NCBI GenBank assembly: GCA_963663165.1
Contig: OY760175.1
Location: 3,872,001 to 3,936,000, forward strand
Direction: 5' to 3'
From: an uncultured Desulfospira sp.
Lineage (GTDB): Bacteria; Desulfobacterota; Desulfobacteria; Desulfobacterales; Desulfobacteraceae
DNA: 64,000 nt
Under the pieces are notes generated by a model, which was not told the DNA's origin, did no database searches, and saw only the letters and a program-made list of their open reading frames with translations. A program made the position numbers and the translations under genes. This document shows, piece by piece, positions 18,393-28,460 of the stretch. Within the stretch, counting starts at the first letter, position 1, and the number at the start of each line of letters is the position of its first letter.

Positions 18393-19723
18393 GCGTCAGC
18401 TGTCTCTTGCTGGACCACGGATCGTTCCAGCATTTTTTTTATTTCCCGGGTCAATTGCTTTTTGGCCCCGTAGGTATTCAACGTGGGAAGCTGCTCTTTA
18501 ACCATGTCTAAAAGACTTCGAATCAATTCAGGCGGTAATTCCTCGTAACTTGGCAGCAGTTCATCCAAGAGCCGGTCTTCCTCTGAAGTGCGAAAACTCT
18601 GTTTCATTTCAGATACCTCCCTGTTATATTGAGCGGCAATTTTCAGTGCTGAATCCTGAAAATCAATTTCTTTGGTCCATGTGTCATGTATATAAGCGAT
18701 TTCCATATCAGAAATCAATTGTCGTCCCATCTGCTGTTCTATTTCCAGCAAGTAGTTAAAGATTTCTTTACGGGTATCAAATGTGAAAGGCCCTATGCCT
18801 TTTGAACCGTCCCGTCTGAAAGGCATCCTCCTGCCAGGTTCTTCCCGGATCTGCTTGATCCAGTCCCTGAATTCATTAAGCGGCTTCATCCAGGCTTCCC
18901 CGGTTTGGATAAAACCCTGCATGGAAATATCTTTTTTTACAACCGTACATGTCCAGCAGCCAAACCGGCTTCCACCACAGGAAGGGGACAGCATGTCAAA
19001 AATCATATGACATTCATTCCCTGTAGCTTTGCTGTAGAGTGAGATCAGGTCGTTATGATTGCTTCCCCATGGCGATGGCCTGGTTTGTAAATATTCCCAT
19101 ACCTGATCCGTAGTCCACTCCGCGATCGGAGTTGAAACCAGTGCATTGGAGATTTCATGATGTGGATTTAGCCCCCGATAGCTTTTTTCCCGCCCATTCA
19201 TTCGATTCCGCCGCTCGGAACTCTCATCCATCCGGGTCCCCAAGAGAAGGATAACGCTTCCTTTTTCTCTTGTTATTCTTTCAATTACCTTACGGGTAGG
19301 CCGGATTTTAAGACTGCTGGTACACCAGCGAAACCATCTTGTGGGTGCCGGATACCCCTTTCCAATAAGTTTGGCCCAGAAGGTGGATTCAACTTCCGGT
19401 ACCACGACTTTTACCTGAATGGGCAGCAATCGTTTCTCAACATCCTTTTTAATACAATCAATGGTTTCATGTAAATAAGCTGCAATGTTGGGTGGTTCCA
19501 CACCAGTATCGGAATATATGATATAGACAGGCTTTAGCTTTGAAGGGTCCGTGTCTATCAACATGTGATACACCAATTCCAAAAGGAGTGTGGAATCTTT
19601 GCCCCCTGAAAAGGCAACAACCCATGGGCGCATGTCTTTTTTATATTCTTTTGACAGTTGCTGAATAGTATTTTGGGCAATCGACCCTATGCGGTCTATG
19701 GATATTAAATTTGAATTCATCAT
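18389..19723 (-). CDS. dndC: DNA phosphorothioation sulfurtransferase DndC (PAPS reductase family)
   Basis: PWVVAFSGGKDST, SDTGVE.P, IGKGYPAP..FRWCT..LKI.P, LGTR..ES..R, SCGGSRFGCWTCTVV. Confidence 0.93.
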   Translation of the reverse strand: MMNSNLISIDRIGSIAQNTIQQLSKEYKKDMRPWVVAFSGGKDSTLLLELVYHMLIDTDPSKLKPVYIIYSDTGVEPPNIAAYLHETIDCIKKDVEKRLLPIQVKVVVPEVESTFWAKLIGKGYPAPTRWFRWCTSSLKIRPTRKVIERITREKGSVILLLGTRMDESSERRNRMNGREKSYRGLNPHHEISNALVSTPIAEWTTDQVWEYLQTRPSPWGSNHNDLISLYSKATGNECHMIFDMLSPSCGGSRFGCWTCTVVKKDISMQGFIQTGEAWMKPLNEFRDWIKQIREEPGRRMPFRRDGSKGIGPFTFDTRKEIFNYLLEIEQQMGRQLISDMEIAYIHDTWTKEIDFQDSALKIAAQYNREVSEMKQSFRTSEEDRLLDELLPSYEELPPELIRSLLDMVKEQLPTLNTYGAKKQLTREIKKMLERSVVQQETADA

Positions 19724-20021
19724 AATTATGGTTAGGTGGTAATTGTTTTAAATTTTAAATGTATACACATTTTTCCAGGTCATGTCTGCATGTTTTCATT
19801 TAAAAAAGTTGTGTTTGGCAATTAAAGTTTTAGTTTTCTTGCTCGTTGGCGGCAGAAAAGAGGCGGAAAAATTAAAATGAAATAGATAAAAAGTGCCTTA
19901 AGGCCGGAACCACCTATTCTCGGTTTTCTACAGATTCAGAGGGTAACGTCAAAATGCTTTGTGACAGTTTTTCATGCCCGGATTGACAAGAAACAGGGTC
20001 TTGGCCTACAACTGTTCAATC

Positions 20022-21353
20022 ATGAATTCCGGACCAGACAATGTGGAGTACCAAACCCTGATGGAATGCCTGCCCGAAGGCGTTTTTGCCATCAATACCA
20101 AATGGCAGGTGGCTTTTTTTAACCGGGCTGCTGAAGACATTACCGGATATAAACGGCATGAAGTGCTGGGCCGGTACTGCCATGAGGTGTTTCAATCGGA
20201 TCTTTGCGAGCTGGGCTGTCCCTTTAAGGCGGTTCTTGAAACCGGCCGGGAGGCTGAACCCCAGGCGGTCCGGATTTTGTCCAGGGACAGGGTCCTGAAA
20301 ACCATTCTGGTGAATGCCGGGGCGTTGCGGGATGATTCAGGGGCCATGGCCGGTGCGGTCGGAACCTTCAGGACTTTGGGCAGGGAGGAGCAGTCGTCGA
20401 CCACACCAAGGGTGTCCCAGGCCACTTCCCGGATTATCGGGAAAAGCCCGGCCATCCGCCGGCTGTTCAGCATTCTCGGGGATGTCTGTGCCAGTCAGGC
20501 CAATGTGTTTCTCACCGGGGAGAGCGGGACCGGAAAGGAGTTGTTTGCCCGGACCATTCACCAGAACTCTGCCCGTGCCAAACATCCGTTTATGGCCGTT
20601 AACTGCTCTGCCCTGGCCGAGACCCTGCTGGAGTCGGAATTGTTCGGCCATGAAAGATTTGCCTTTACCGGTGCGGTTAAGGCCAAGGCCGGCCGGTTTG
20701 AACTGGTGAAACAGGGCACCCTGTTCCTGGATGAAATCGGGGACCTTAAACCCGGACTTCAGGTTAAACTGCTCCGGGTGCTGGAACAAAGGGAATTTGA
20801 ACGGGTGGGCGGCATCTGTCCTATCCCTCTTGAGGCCCGGATTATCTGCGCCACCAACCGGGATCTGTCCCGGGCACTGGCGGACGGCTCCTTTAGAAAG
20901 GACTTTTATTACCGGTTACAGACGGTTCCCCTGGTGATCCCGCCCCTTCGCCGGCGCAAAGAGGACATCCCCCTGCTGGTCGATTTTTTTATCCGGACCT
21001 TCAATGTTTCATTTAAAAAAAAGGTGAAAGGGGTGGCCCCGGAGGTAATGACATTTTTTGCCCAATACCACTGGCCCGGCAATGTAAGGGAGCTTGAACG
21101 GACCATTGAACATGCCTTTGTGTTTGTAAAGAGCGATGTGATTGGTCTGGAAAACCTGCCCTCCCGTGATATGTTCAGCCCGGAACCGGCCCCAAGGCCG
21201 GCAGCGGACAGCCGTAAAATCGAACTGACCATGGACGAAATTTCCAGTGCCCTTGAGCAGGCCGGCGGCAGAAAAGAAAAAGCGGCTGAACTTCTCGGCA
21301 TCAGCCGGACATCCCTGTGGCGGAAAATAAAGGCCTTTCCTCCTCTCGAGTAG
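20022..21353 (+). CDS. PAS-domain sigma-54-dependent transcriptional activator
   Basis: PAS, GESGTGKE, LLESELFGHE, FAFTGA, TLFLDEIG, WPGNVREL, C-terminal HTH; an alternative start lies at 19974. Confidence 0.92.
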   Translation: MNSGPDNVEYQTLMECLPEGVFAINTKWQVAFFNRAAEDITGYKRHEVLGRYCHEVFQSDLCELGCPFKAVLETGREAEPQAVRILSRDRVLKTILVNAGALRDDSGAMAGAVGTFRTLGREEQSSTTPRVSQATSRIIGKSPAIRRLFSILGDVCASQANVFLTGESGTGKELFARTIHQNSARAKHPFMAVNCSALAETLLESELFGHERFAFTGAVKAKAGRFELVKQGTLFLDEIGDLKPGLQVKLLRVLEQREFERVGGICPIPLEARIICATNRDLSRALADGSFRKDFYYRLQTVPLVIPPLRRRKEDIPLLVDFFIRTFNVSFKKKVKGVAPEVMTFFAQYHWPGNVRELERTIEHAFVFVKSDVIGLENLPSRDMFSPEPAPRPAADSRKIELTMDEISSALEQAGGRKEKAAELLGISRTSLWRKIKAFPPLE

Positions 21354-21553
21354 GCCCGTTCCAGCAAGAATGTTTCAAACGTTTCAAGCGTTTCAACACT
21401 TAAACACATTTCGATTGCTTATGTAAATTCAAATTGTTATAGTGAAACGCTCGCCTCGTCGGTTTAAATAATGTTTCAATTTAACCCGGGCCAGAGGGCC
21501 AGCTGACTCCCGGATCGTCTGCATTATCAGTAATTCAGACAAGATATGCCGGC

Positions 21554-21569
21554 TGGCCTGATTTTTGCT
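21554..21569 (+). promoter_or_regulatory. sigma-54 -24/-12 promoter
   Basis: TGGCCTGATTTTTGCT = GG-N10-GC, between two enhancer-binding-protein genes, with GTTTCA repeats about 75-185 bp upstream. Confidence 0.65.
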
Positions 21570-21661
21570 GTCCATGAATAAGGCCCGGAAGAGGAACACA
21601 TCAATCAAAGAGAGCTGACACATGATGCCGAACCGCCGCACCACAAAGGGGATCAACACCA

Positions 21662-23017
21662 ATGCCTGACAGACCGGGGATTAGAAAAACGGTCCGGGGG
21701 CTATCCTTTCTTCCCCGCATGGATTACCCGGACCTGTTTGACGGTCTGCCCCTTGGGGTTTTTGCCGTTGACCGGAACCAGCGGATCACGGCATTCAATA
21801 AACAGGCCCAGAAACTTACGGGGGTGACGCCCCAGGAGGCGGTCGGCGCCCCTTGCAGCAAAATCTTCCAGGGCGGTGACTGCCGTCATGAGTGTCCCTT
21901 CACAGACCTGTTTGACAACCACCTCCCCCCTTCAAGAAAAGAGATGACCCTTCAAAATACCCGGGGTGTCCCCCTCAGGGTCAGCATGAAAACCGCTGCA
22001 CTGACAGACAGTTTTGGACAGATCACCGGCGGGATTGCAAGCTTTGGCAGATCTTTGGGGCCGTTGAGCCGGACCATGCCGTTAAACGGGCCGGATACCT
22101 TTGAGGGAATGGTGGGCCGGAGCCCGGCCATGAAATCCATTTTTGAAAAACTGCCCGACATTGCCCAAAGCCCTGTCAGCGTTTTGATAACCGGCGAAAG
22201 CGGCACGGGAAAGGACATGGTGGCCAGGGCCATCCACAACCTGTCCGACAGAAAGGAAAACCCCTTTCAGGTGGTCAACTGTTCGGCCCTGTCCGAGACC
22301 CTGCTGGAGTCCGAACTGTTCGGCCACGAAAAAGGCGCCTTTACAGACGCGGCCTATGCCAAGCCCGGCCGGTTTGAATTAGCGGCCGGCGGCACCTTTT
22401 TCCTGGATGAAATCGGGGACATGAAACCCTCCCTTCAGGTCAAGTTTTTAAGGGTACTGGAACAAAAAGAGTTTGAACGGGTGGGATCGGACCGGACATT
22501 AAAAATGACCGCCCGGATCATTGCGGCCACCCACCACAATTTAGAGCATAAAGACAGCGGTTTCAGGCCGGATCTCTATTACCGGTTAAGGACCATCCCC
22601 CTTCATCTGCCGCCCTTAAGGGAACGCAAAGAAGACATCCCTCGGCTGGTAGACCATTTTATCACAGCCTTTAACCACCAGTATAACAAACAGGTAAGGC
22701 TGCTGGACCCGGCGGTCCAGTCCATATTTTTAGACTATGACTGGCCCGGCAACGTCCGGGAACTTTCCCGGGTCATGGAACACGCCTTTGTTTTTGTCAA
22801 AGGGCCCATTATTTTTCTTCGGTATCTGCCGGAAAACCCGGCCTTTACTCGGGGCAGGGGCCGGAAAAAATCAGGCGCCCGTCCCATATCTGAAAAAGAA
22901 AGGATCACCAGAGCATTGGAAAAAACCGGCCGGAAAAGAGCGGCTGCCGCGCAGCTCTTAGGCATAAGCCGGTCTACATTATGGCGTAAAATGAAACACT
23001 TCGGCCTGCAGGGCTAA
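21662..23017 (+). CDS. PAS-domain sigma-54-dependent transcriptional activator
   Basis: PAS, GESGTGKD, GAFTDA, FFLDEIG, WPGNVREL, HTH LGISRSTLWRKM. Confidence 0.92.
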   Translation: MPDRPGIRKTVRGLSFLPRMDYPDLFDGLPLGVFAVDRNQRITAFNKQAQKLTGVTPQEAVGAPCSKIFQGGDCRHECPFTDLFDNHLPPSRKEMTLQNTRGVPLRVSMKTAALTDSFGQITGGIASFGRSLGPLSRTMPLNGPDTFEGMVGRSPAMKSIFEKLPDIAQSPVSVLITGESGTGKDMVARAIHNLSDRKENPFQVVNCSALSETLLESELFGHEKGAFTDAAYAKPGRFELAAGGTFFLDEIGDMKPSLQVKFLRVLEQKEFERVGSDRTLKMTARIIAATHHNLEHKDSGFRPDLYYRLRTIPLHLPPLRERKEDIPRLVDHFITAFNHQYNKQVRLLDPAVQSIFLDYDWPGNVRELSRVMEHAFVFVKGPIIFLRYLPENPAFTRGRGRKKSGARPISEKERITRALEKTGRKRAAAAQLLGISRSTLWRKMKHFGLQG

Positions 23018-23074
23018 GCTATCCTGACAGGTGAACACCAATTTTGTTCAATACCATATTAAAGGAGATCATCC

Positions 23075-23572
23075 ATGAAAGCATCCATGCAACCTATTGA
23101 TGAATTGCTGGATAAATATCCGGCCAAGCCGGAGTACCTGATCGGGCTGCTTCAGGATATCCAGGCACAGCAGGGCTACATCTCATATGATGCCATGCGC
23201 CTGGCCAGCGAACACACCCGGGTCCCCTTAACCCGGGCCTATTCGGTGGCGACCTTTTACCAGTCTTTCAGGCTGGATCCCCCGGGCGAGCATGAAATCA
23301 AGGTCTGCCTGGGAACCGCCTGCCACCTTAAAGGCGGACAGCAGCTGGTGGAAGGGGTGGCCCGTAAACTTGGGGTCGAGCCCGGAGAGACCACCGGTGA
23401 CATGATGTTTACATTGAGTACGGTCAACTGTGTGGGGGCCTGCGCCATTGCACCGGTGGCCATTGTGGATGAGGAGTACCACCCCAAATCCACCATTCAG
23501 AAGGTTGAAAAAGAGATCAACAAAATCCTGGATCCTTCATCAGACAGTGAAAAAGGAGACCCCAATGAATAG
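23075..23572 (+). CDS. NuoE/HydC-like 2Fe-2S subunit
   Basis: LQDIQ..GYIS, VATFY..F, VCLGTACHLKGG, NCVGACAIAP. Confidence 0.92.
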   Translation: MKASMQPIDELLDKYPAKPEYLIGLLQDIQAQQGYISYDAMRLASEHTRVPLTRAYSVATFYQSFRLDPPGEHEIKVCLGTACHLKGGQQLVEGVARKLGVEPGETTGDMMFTLSTVNCVGACAIAPVAIVDEEYHPKSTIQKVEKEINKILDPSSDSEKGDPNE

Positions 23573-25466
23573 TCAAGCGATTGCTGTAAGAAAAAGCCCT
23601 GGAAGGCTTCAATCCCTGGATGACCTGAACAAGCTTCAAGAACAGATTAAGGCAGGGATTGATCCGGACCGGACCCAGATTCTGGTATGCCACGGAAACG
23701 GCTGTCTGGCCAGCGGCGCTGAAAAGGTGACCCAGGCCCTTAAGGCGGCCCTGGAGGAATCCGGGGCAGACGCCAAGGTCATGGCCGGGATCAAAACCAC
23801 CGGATGCCAGGGATTCTGCTCAAAGGGTCCCTTGCTGGTCATCGAGCCCAAGGGCATTTTTTACCAGAAGGTCAAGCCCAAAGACGCTAAAGAAATTGTT
23901 GAAAAGACCATTCAAAACGGCGAGATCATCGACCGGCTGCTGTATGTCGATCCCAATACCGGGGAAAAGATTCCCCTTGAAGATGACATCCCCTTTTACA
24001 AACACCAGGACCAGAAAGTCCTTCGCAATATTGGCAAAATTGACCCCACCGAGATTGACGACGCCATCATGACCGGCGCCTATCAGGCCCTGGCAAAGGC
24101 CTTGACCTCCATGACCCCGGAAGAGGTGGTCAAAGAGGTGGAGATTTCAGGCCTCAGGGGCCGGGGCGGGGCCGGGTTCCCCACCGGGCGCAAATGGCGC
24201 AGCGCACTCCAGGCCATAGAAAAGAAGGGACGGCCTGTTTATGTGGTGGTCAACGGGGATGAGGGTGATCCCGGGGCCTTCATGGACGGCGCCATTATGG
24301 AAGGCGATCCCCACGCCGTGGTGGAAGGCCTGATCCTCGGGGCCTATGCCTTAGGGGCCAGCCAGGGGTTCCTCTATGTCAGGGCGGAATATCCCCTGGC
24401 CATTAAACACCTGGAAAGGGCCATGGCACAGGCCCGGGAGTACGGGCTTCTCGGCGACAACATCCTCAATTCCGGATTTTCCTTTGACGCCCGGATCGCC
24501 CGGGGCGCCGGGGCCTTTGTCTGCGGGGAATCCACAGCCTTGTTTACCTCCATTGAAGGCAAACCCGGCAACCCGAGACCCAAGTATGTCCGTTCCGTTG
24601 AAGAGGGCTTGTGGAACCGGCCCACGGTATTGAACAATGTGGAAACCTGGGCCAATATCCCCATGATTATCTCCAACGGCGGGGAATGGTACAGCAAAAT
24701 CGGCGCCCCCCACAGCACCGGCACAAAGGTGTTCTCCCTGGTGGGCAAGGTCAACAACGTCGGCCTTGTGGAGGTTCCCATGGGCCGTCCGCTGTCGGAA
24801 ATCGTTGAGACCATCGGCGGCGGCATCCCGGGCGGGGGAAATTTCAAAGCGGTTCAAACCGGCGGTCCTTCCGGCGGCTGTATGCCCTACCACCTCAAAG
24901 ATACGCCCGTGGACTTTGACTCTCTGACCAAGGCCGGCTCCATGATGGGGTCCGGGGCCATGATCGTCATGGACGATACCGACTGCGTGGTTGACTTAGG
25001 CCGGTATTTCCTGCGGTTCCTGGAAGAGGAGTCCTGCGGCAAGTGCATGCCCTGCCGGCTAGGGCTGTCCAGGATGCGCGAAATCCTGGACAACTTCAGT
25101 GAAGGCAAGGGAACAAGGGCCGATATTGATGATTTAAAGAGCCTGGCCCAGGCCATCCAGGATGGGGCTCTGTGCGCCCTTGGCACCAGCGCGCCCAACC
25201 CGGTGCTGACCACCATCCGGTATTTCGAGGACGAGTATATCGCCCATGTGGAGGACCATAAATGCCCGGCCGGCGTGTGCAAGAGCCTGATTACCTACGA
25301 AATTGATCCGGACAAGTGTACGGGCTGTACCAGCTGTGCCAGAAAATGTCCGGTGGGCTGTATTACGGGAGACAAGAAAGAACCCCATACCATTAATGCC
25401 GATGAATGTATCCGGTGCGGCATCTGCAGGCAGTCCTGTAAATTTGATGCCATCCGGGTCATATAA
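23565..25466 (+). CDS. NuoF/HydB-like FMN/NADH-binding subunit
   Basis: GLRGRGGAGFPTG.KW, NGDEGDPGAFMD, GAGAFVCGESTAL, GGPSGG, ESCGKC.PCR, C-terminal 2x[4Fe-4S]; ATG 23565 with GGAG RBS. Confidence 0.93.
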   Translation: MNSQAIAVRKSPGRLQSLDDLNKLQEQIKAGIDPDRTQILVCHGNGCLASGAEKVTQALKAALEESGADAKVMAGIKTTGCQGFCSKGPLLVIEPKGIFYQKVKPKDAKEIVEKTIQNGEIIDRLLYVDPNTGEKIPLEDDIPFYKHQDQKVLRNIGKIDPTEIDDAIMTGAYQALAKALTSMTPEEVVKEVEISGLRGRGGAGFPTGRKWRSALQAIEKKGRPVYVVVNGDEGDPGAFMDGAIMEGDPHAVVEGLILGAYALGASQGFLYVRAEYPLAIKHLERAMAQAREYGLLGDNILNSGFSFDARIARGAGAFVCGESTALFTSIEGKPGNPRPKYVRSVEEGLWNRPTVLNNVETWANIPMIISNGGEWYSKIGAPHSTGTKVFSLVGKVNNVGLVEVPMGRPLSEIVETIGGGIPGGGNFKAVQTGGPSGGCMPYHLKDTPVDFDSLTKAGSMMGSGAMIVMDDTDCVVDLGRYFLRFLEEESCGKCMPCRLGLSRMREILDNFSEGKGTRADIDDLKSLAQAIQDGALCALGTSAPNPVLTTIRYFEDEYIAHVEDHKCPAGVCKSLITYEIDPDKCTGCTSCARKCPVGCITGDKKEPHTINADECIRCGICRQSCKFDAIRVI

Positions 25467-25477
25467 GGGAGGTTGTC

Positions 25478-26080
25478 GTGATCAAATTTAACATAAACGA
25501 TAAGCAGGTAGAGGCCCAGGAAGGCTGGACCGTTCTGGAGACGGCAAAAGAATACGGCATCGACATCCCGACCCTGTGCCATCACCCGGCGGTGGCGCCT
25601 TCCGGGGCCTGCCGGATGTGCATGGTGGAAATGAGGGAAGGCGACTGGTCAAAGCTGGTGGCATCCTGTATCTATCCCGTAAAAGAGGGGCTCAATATCT
25701 ATACGGAAACCCCCAGGGTTCATAATGTCCGCCGGTGGATTCTTGAAATGCTGCTGTCTGAATGCCCGGCAAGCCAGCAGGTCCGGGACATGGCCAAAGC
25801 CCATGGCGTGGAAACCACCCGCTTCCCGGTGAAAAATCCCCTTCAAAGCTGCCTGATCTGCGGGCTGTGCCAGAGGGTATGCGAGGAAGTTGTCGGTCTG
25901 TCCGCCATTTCCATCATCGACCGCGGTGTTCACAAAAAAGTAGGCGCGCCGTACTTGAGGCCCACGGATTTTTGTGTGGCATGCGGATCATGCGTGACGA
26001 TTTGTCCTACTGATGCCATGGCTGCCATTTTTGACATGGTCCGGGGTAAACCTGAAGTGGAAATGGCCCCGTTGGTCTGA
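25478..26080 (+). CDS. NuoG/HydA N-terminal-like Fe-S subunit, no catalytic domain
   Basis: IPTLCHH..GACRMC.VE..ASC, CLICGLCQRVC, CVACGSCVTICPT. Confidence 0.88.
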   Translation: MIKFNINDKQVEAQEGWTVLETAKEYGIDIPTLCHHPAVAPSGACRMCMVEMREGDWSKLVASCIYPVKEGLNIYTETPRVHNVRRWILEMLLSECPASQQVRDMAKAHGVETTRFPVKNPLQSCLICGLCQRVCEEVVGLSAISIIDRGVHKKVGAPYLRPTDFCVACGSCVTICPTDAMAAIFDMVRGKPEVEMAPLV

Positions 26081-26096
26081 ATCAAGGAGAGATATC

Positions 26097-28376
26097 ATGA
26101 ATACAACAGCAAGAACCGGAATTTTTCTTTGCAAATGCGGCGAGAATATTGAGCCGCTGATTGATCTGAACAGCCTTGAAGGCGCTCTCAAGGCCGACGC
26201 AGCCCATTGCGAAATCCTGGCCTGGTCCTGTTTAAAACCAGGCATGGACCGGATCATGTCGGCGGTTTCAGAACATGACCTTAACCGTGTGATTATTGCC
26301 GGGTGTGACGGCCGGATCATGTGCAAAAAGTTTGAAGAGGCCCTGGAGCCATCCGGAATCCTCAAGGGGCAGATCAGCATGGTCAACCTGCGCGGCCATG
26401 TAGCCGCCGTATCCGACGCCCCCATGGAGCAGAAAACCAAAAAATCGGAAAAACTGATCCGGGCGGCCATGGCGGAGATGGAAACCTTGAATCCCACCCC
26501 GAAAAAAGCCATGAAACTCAAAGGGACGGTGGCCATTGCCGGCAACGGCATCGGTGCCTTCCCCGCGGCCTGGAATCTGGTCCAGGCGGGCGTTGAGTGT
26601 GTCCTGTGTACGGATACCACCGACCCGAATGAAATTATAAAAAAGCTCCCCCTGGTCTATCCCGGGGAACGGAACCAATATGACCGGGTCAGGGCCATCA
26701 TTGAAAAGGTGCTGGAAAGCGACAAAGTCACGGTAAAGGAAACCAGCGGCGTGGATGCGCTGTTGGGCATCACCGGTGCCTATACCCTGATGACCCTGGA
26801 CCCTTCAGGGGAAAAACAGCCGGTTAAGGCTGACCTGGTGATCGCGGCCCTGGATGCCGAGCTGTTTGCCCCGGAACCTGAATTTGGGTATGACGGGAAC
26901 CGGGTGCTGATCCAGCCTGAGATGGAAGTGCAGATGGATGAATATGGCATTCCCAAAAAGGATGTGGTGTTCTGGGTGAGCGACCATGAATACGGGGATG
27001 GTGATTTTGCGCAGCTTTCCGCCAAAGCCGCCTGGAACATGGCCCGCCATATCAGAAAGGCATCGCGCAGCTCCCGGGTGGTCATCCTCCATAACCAGAT
27101 GATGCCCGTCCCCCTGTCTGCCGCTGAACGGGGAATCAACCGGGAACTTGGCATCGAGTGGATCGCCTACGATAAGACGGTCCGGCCCATTGTTCAGGAC
27201 GGGTATATCACCTATTGCAATTTAGAAGATCATATTGAACATGAAATCAACTGGGAATTCCTGGTGCTCTCCCCCAAAAGAGGGCTCAGAGGGGAGACCC
27301 TCGCAGCCGCCAGGGCTTTGGGCATGATCCAGGGACCCACCCGGTTTCTGACGGTGCACCAGGCAAAGGTCAGGCCTGAGATGGTGGGCCGGCAGATGAA
27401 CTGCATCGTGGGCAGCGCCAAATTCCCCTGCGATCTCCAGGAGACCATCAACCAGGGCCGGGAAGCCGGCAACAAAAATGCGGACATGATCGAACTGTCA
27501 AAACAGGGGCAATTGTTTATCCCGCGCCATGTCTCCTGGGTTGACCCGGAAAAATGCGTGGGCTGCGGCCGGTGCCAGGAGCTTTGCGACTGCAATGCCA
27601 TCGGCAGCATGGACTACCCCGGGGGCGGCCTGTCCAGAATTGTCGATCCCATGCTCTGCACCGGCGGGGGAACCTGCGCGGCGGCCTGTCCTGAAAACGC
27701 CATGGAGATCCGGAACAACAACACCGCCCAGCGGGAAGCCGGGATTGCCCAGCTGTCACAGGCCATGGATGCTGAAGAAATCGTCTGCATGGCCTGCGTA
27801 TGGGGCGGACTGCCCGCGGCGGACCATGCCGGCCACAAAAAGCTTGCCTATGATCCCGGGGTTCACATCATCGGGGTTCCCTGTGTGGGCCAGATTGACC
27901 CGTCGGTCATGGCCCGGGCCTTTGTGGAAGGCGCTTCGGGCCTGATTCTGACGGGATGCCTGCCGGACAGCTGCCACCATTCCTTCGGGGTGGACCATAC
28001 CTGGACCCGGGTGGCCATGATCAAGAAACTGTTCACCCTGTGCGGGTTTGACCGCCGAAGAATCGCTCTGGCCCATGCGGACCTGAACAAACCCGAAGAG
28101 TTTGTTAAAACCGTGAATGCCTTCAGCGACCAGATCCGGGCGCTGGGCACTATTGAGAAGACCAAAGCCAACCAGGACAAGCTTGCGGCCATTTATGACC
28201 TGTGCAAGAACAACACAAGGATCAGGACCCTTCTGGCCGTCAGCCTGCGCCGGGCCAAAGAAACCACCTTCAGGGGCGACCAGCTTTATGCCCCGGCCTT
28301 TGACCGAGACTTCACCCAGGCCCTGGAAGAAGAGTATGATTTTCCCGAGAGCGCTCTGTTTGAAGCCGTGGAATAA
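26097..28376 (+). CDS. degenerate HdrA-like protein fused to ferredoxin and MvhD domains
   Basis: GIFLCKCGENI, IIAGC, GNGIGA, CVGCGRCQELC, CTGGGTCAAACP, then MvhD-like ACVWGG..AAD, VPCVGQID, GCLPDSCHH. Confidence 0.8.
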   Translation: MNTTARTGIFLCKCGENIEPLIDLNSLEGALKADAAHCEILAWSCLKPGMDRIMSAVSEHDLNRVIIAGCDGRIMCKKFEEALEPSGILKGQISMVNLRGHVAAVSDAPMEQKTKKSEKLIRAAMAEMETLNPTPKKAMKLKGTVAIAGNGIGAFPAAWNLVQAGVECVLCTDTTDPNEIIKKLPLVYPGERNQYDRVRAIIEKVLESDKVTVKETSGVDALLGITGAYTLMTLDPSGEKQPVKADLVIAALDAELFAPEPEFGYDGNRVLIQPEMEVQMDEYGIPKKDVVFWVSDHEYGDGDFAQLSAKAAWNMARHIRKASRSSRVVILHNQMMPVPLSAAERGINRELGIEWIAYDKTVRPIVQDGYITYCNLEDHIEHEINWEFLVLSPKRGLRGETLAAARALGMIQGPTRFLTVHQAKVRPEMVGRQMNCIVGSAKFPCDLQETINQGREAGNKNADMIELSKQGQLFIPRHVSWVDPEKCVGCGRCQELCDCNAIGSMDYPGGGLSRIVDPMLCTGGGTCAAACPENAMEIRNNNTAQREAGIAQLSQAMDAEEIVCMACVWGGLPAADHAGHKKLAYDPGVHIIGVPCVGQIDPSVMARAFVEGASGLILTGCLPDSCHHSFGVDHTWTRVAMIKKLFTLCGFDRRRIALAHADLNKPEEFVKTVNAFSDQIRALGTIEKTKANQDKLAAIYDLCKNNTRIRTLLAVSLRRAKETTFRGDQLYAPAFDRDFTQALEEEYDFPESALFEAVE

Positions 28377-28460
28377 GGCGGCACCGCGCTGAACATGATA
28401 AGCCCATAACCCATTGCTGGGCCGCCTTTTTCGGCGGCCCGGCAACATCTAAAAGCAGCA

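Noticed and set aside
18389..19723. Assimilatory PAPS/APS reductase (cysH)
   Set aside because: The GYPAP-FRWCT and SRFGCWTC motifs and the overlap with a DndD-like gene identify it as DndC.
12600..19970. att sites or direct repeats flanking the dnd operon
   Set aside because: No convincing direct repeat, tRNA or integrase was found by eye; the boundaries rest on composition only.
23075..26080. Respiratory complex I (nuo) or an [FeFe]-hydrogenase
   Set aside because: No membrane Nuo subunits, and the NuoG-like protein stops at 200 aa without an H-cluster or molybdopterin domain.
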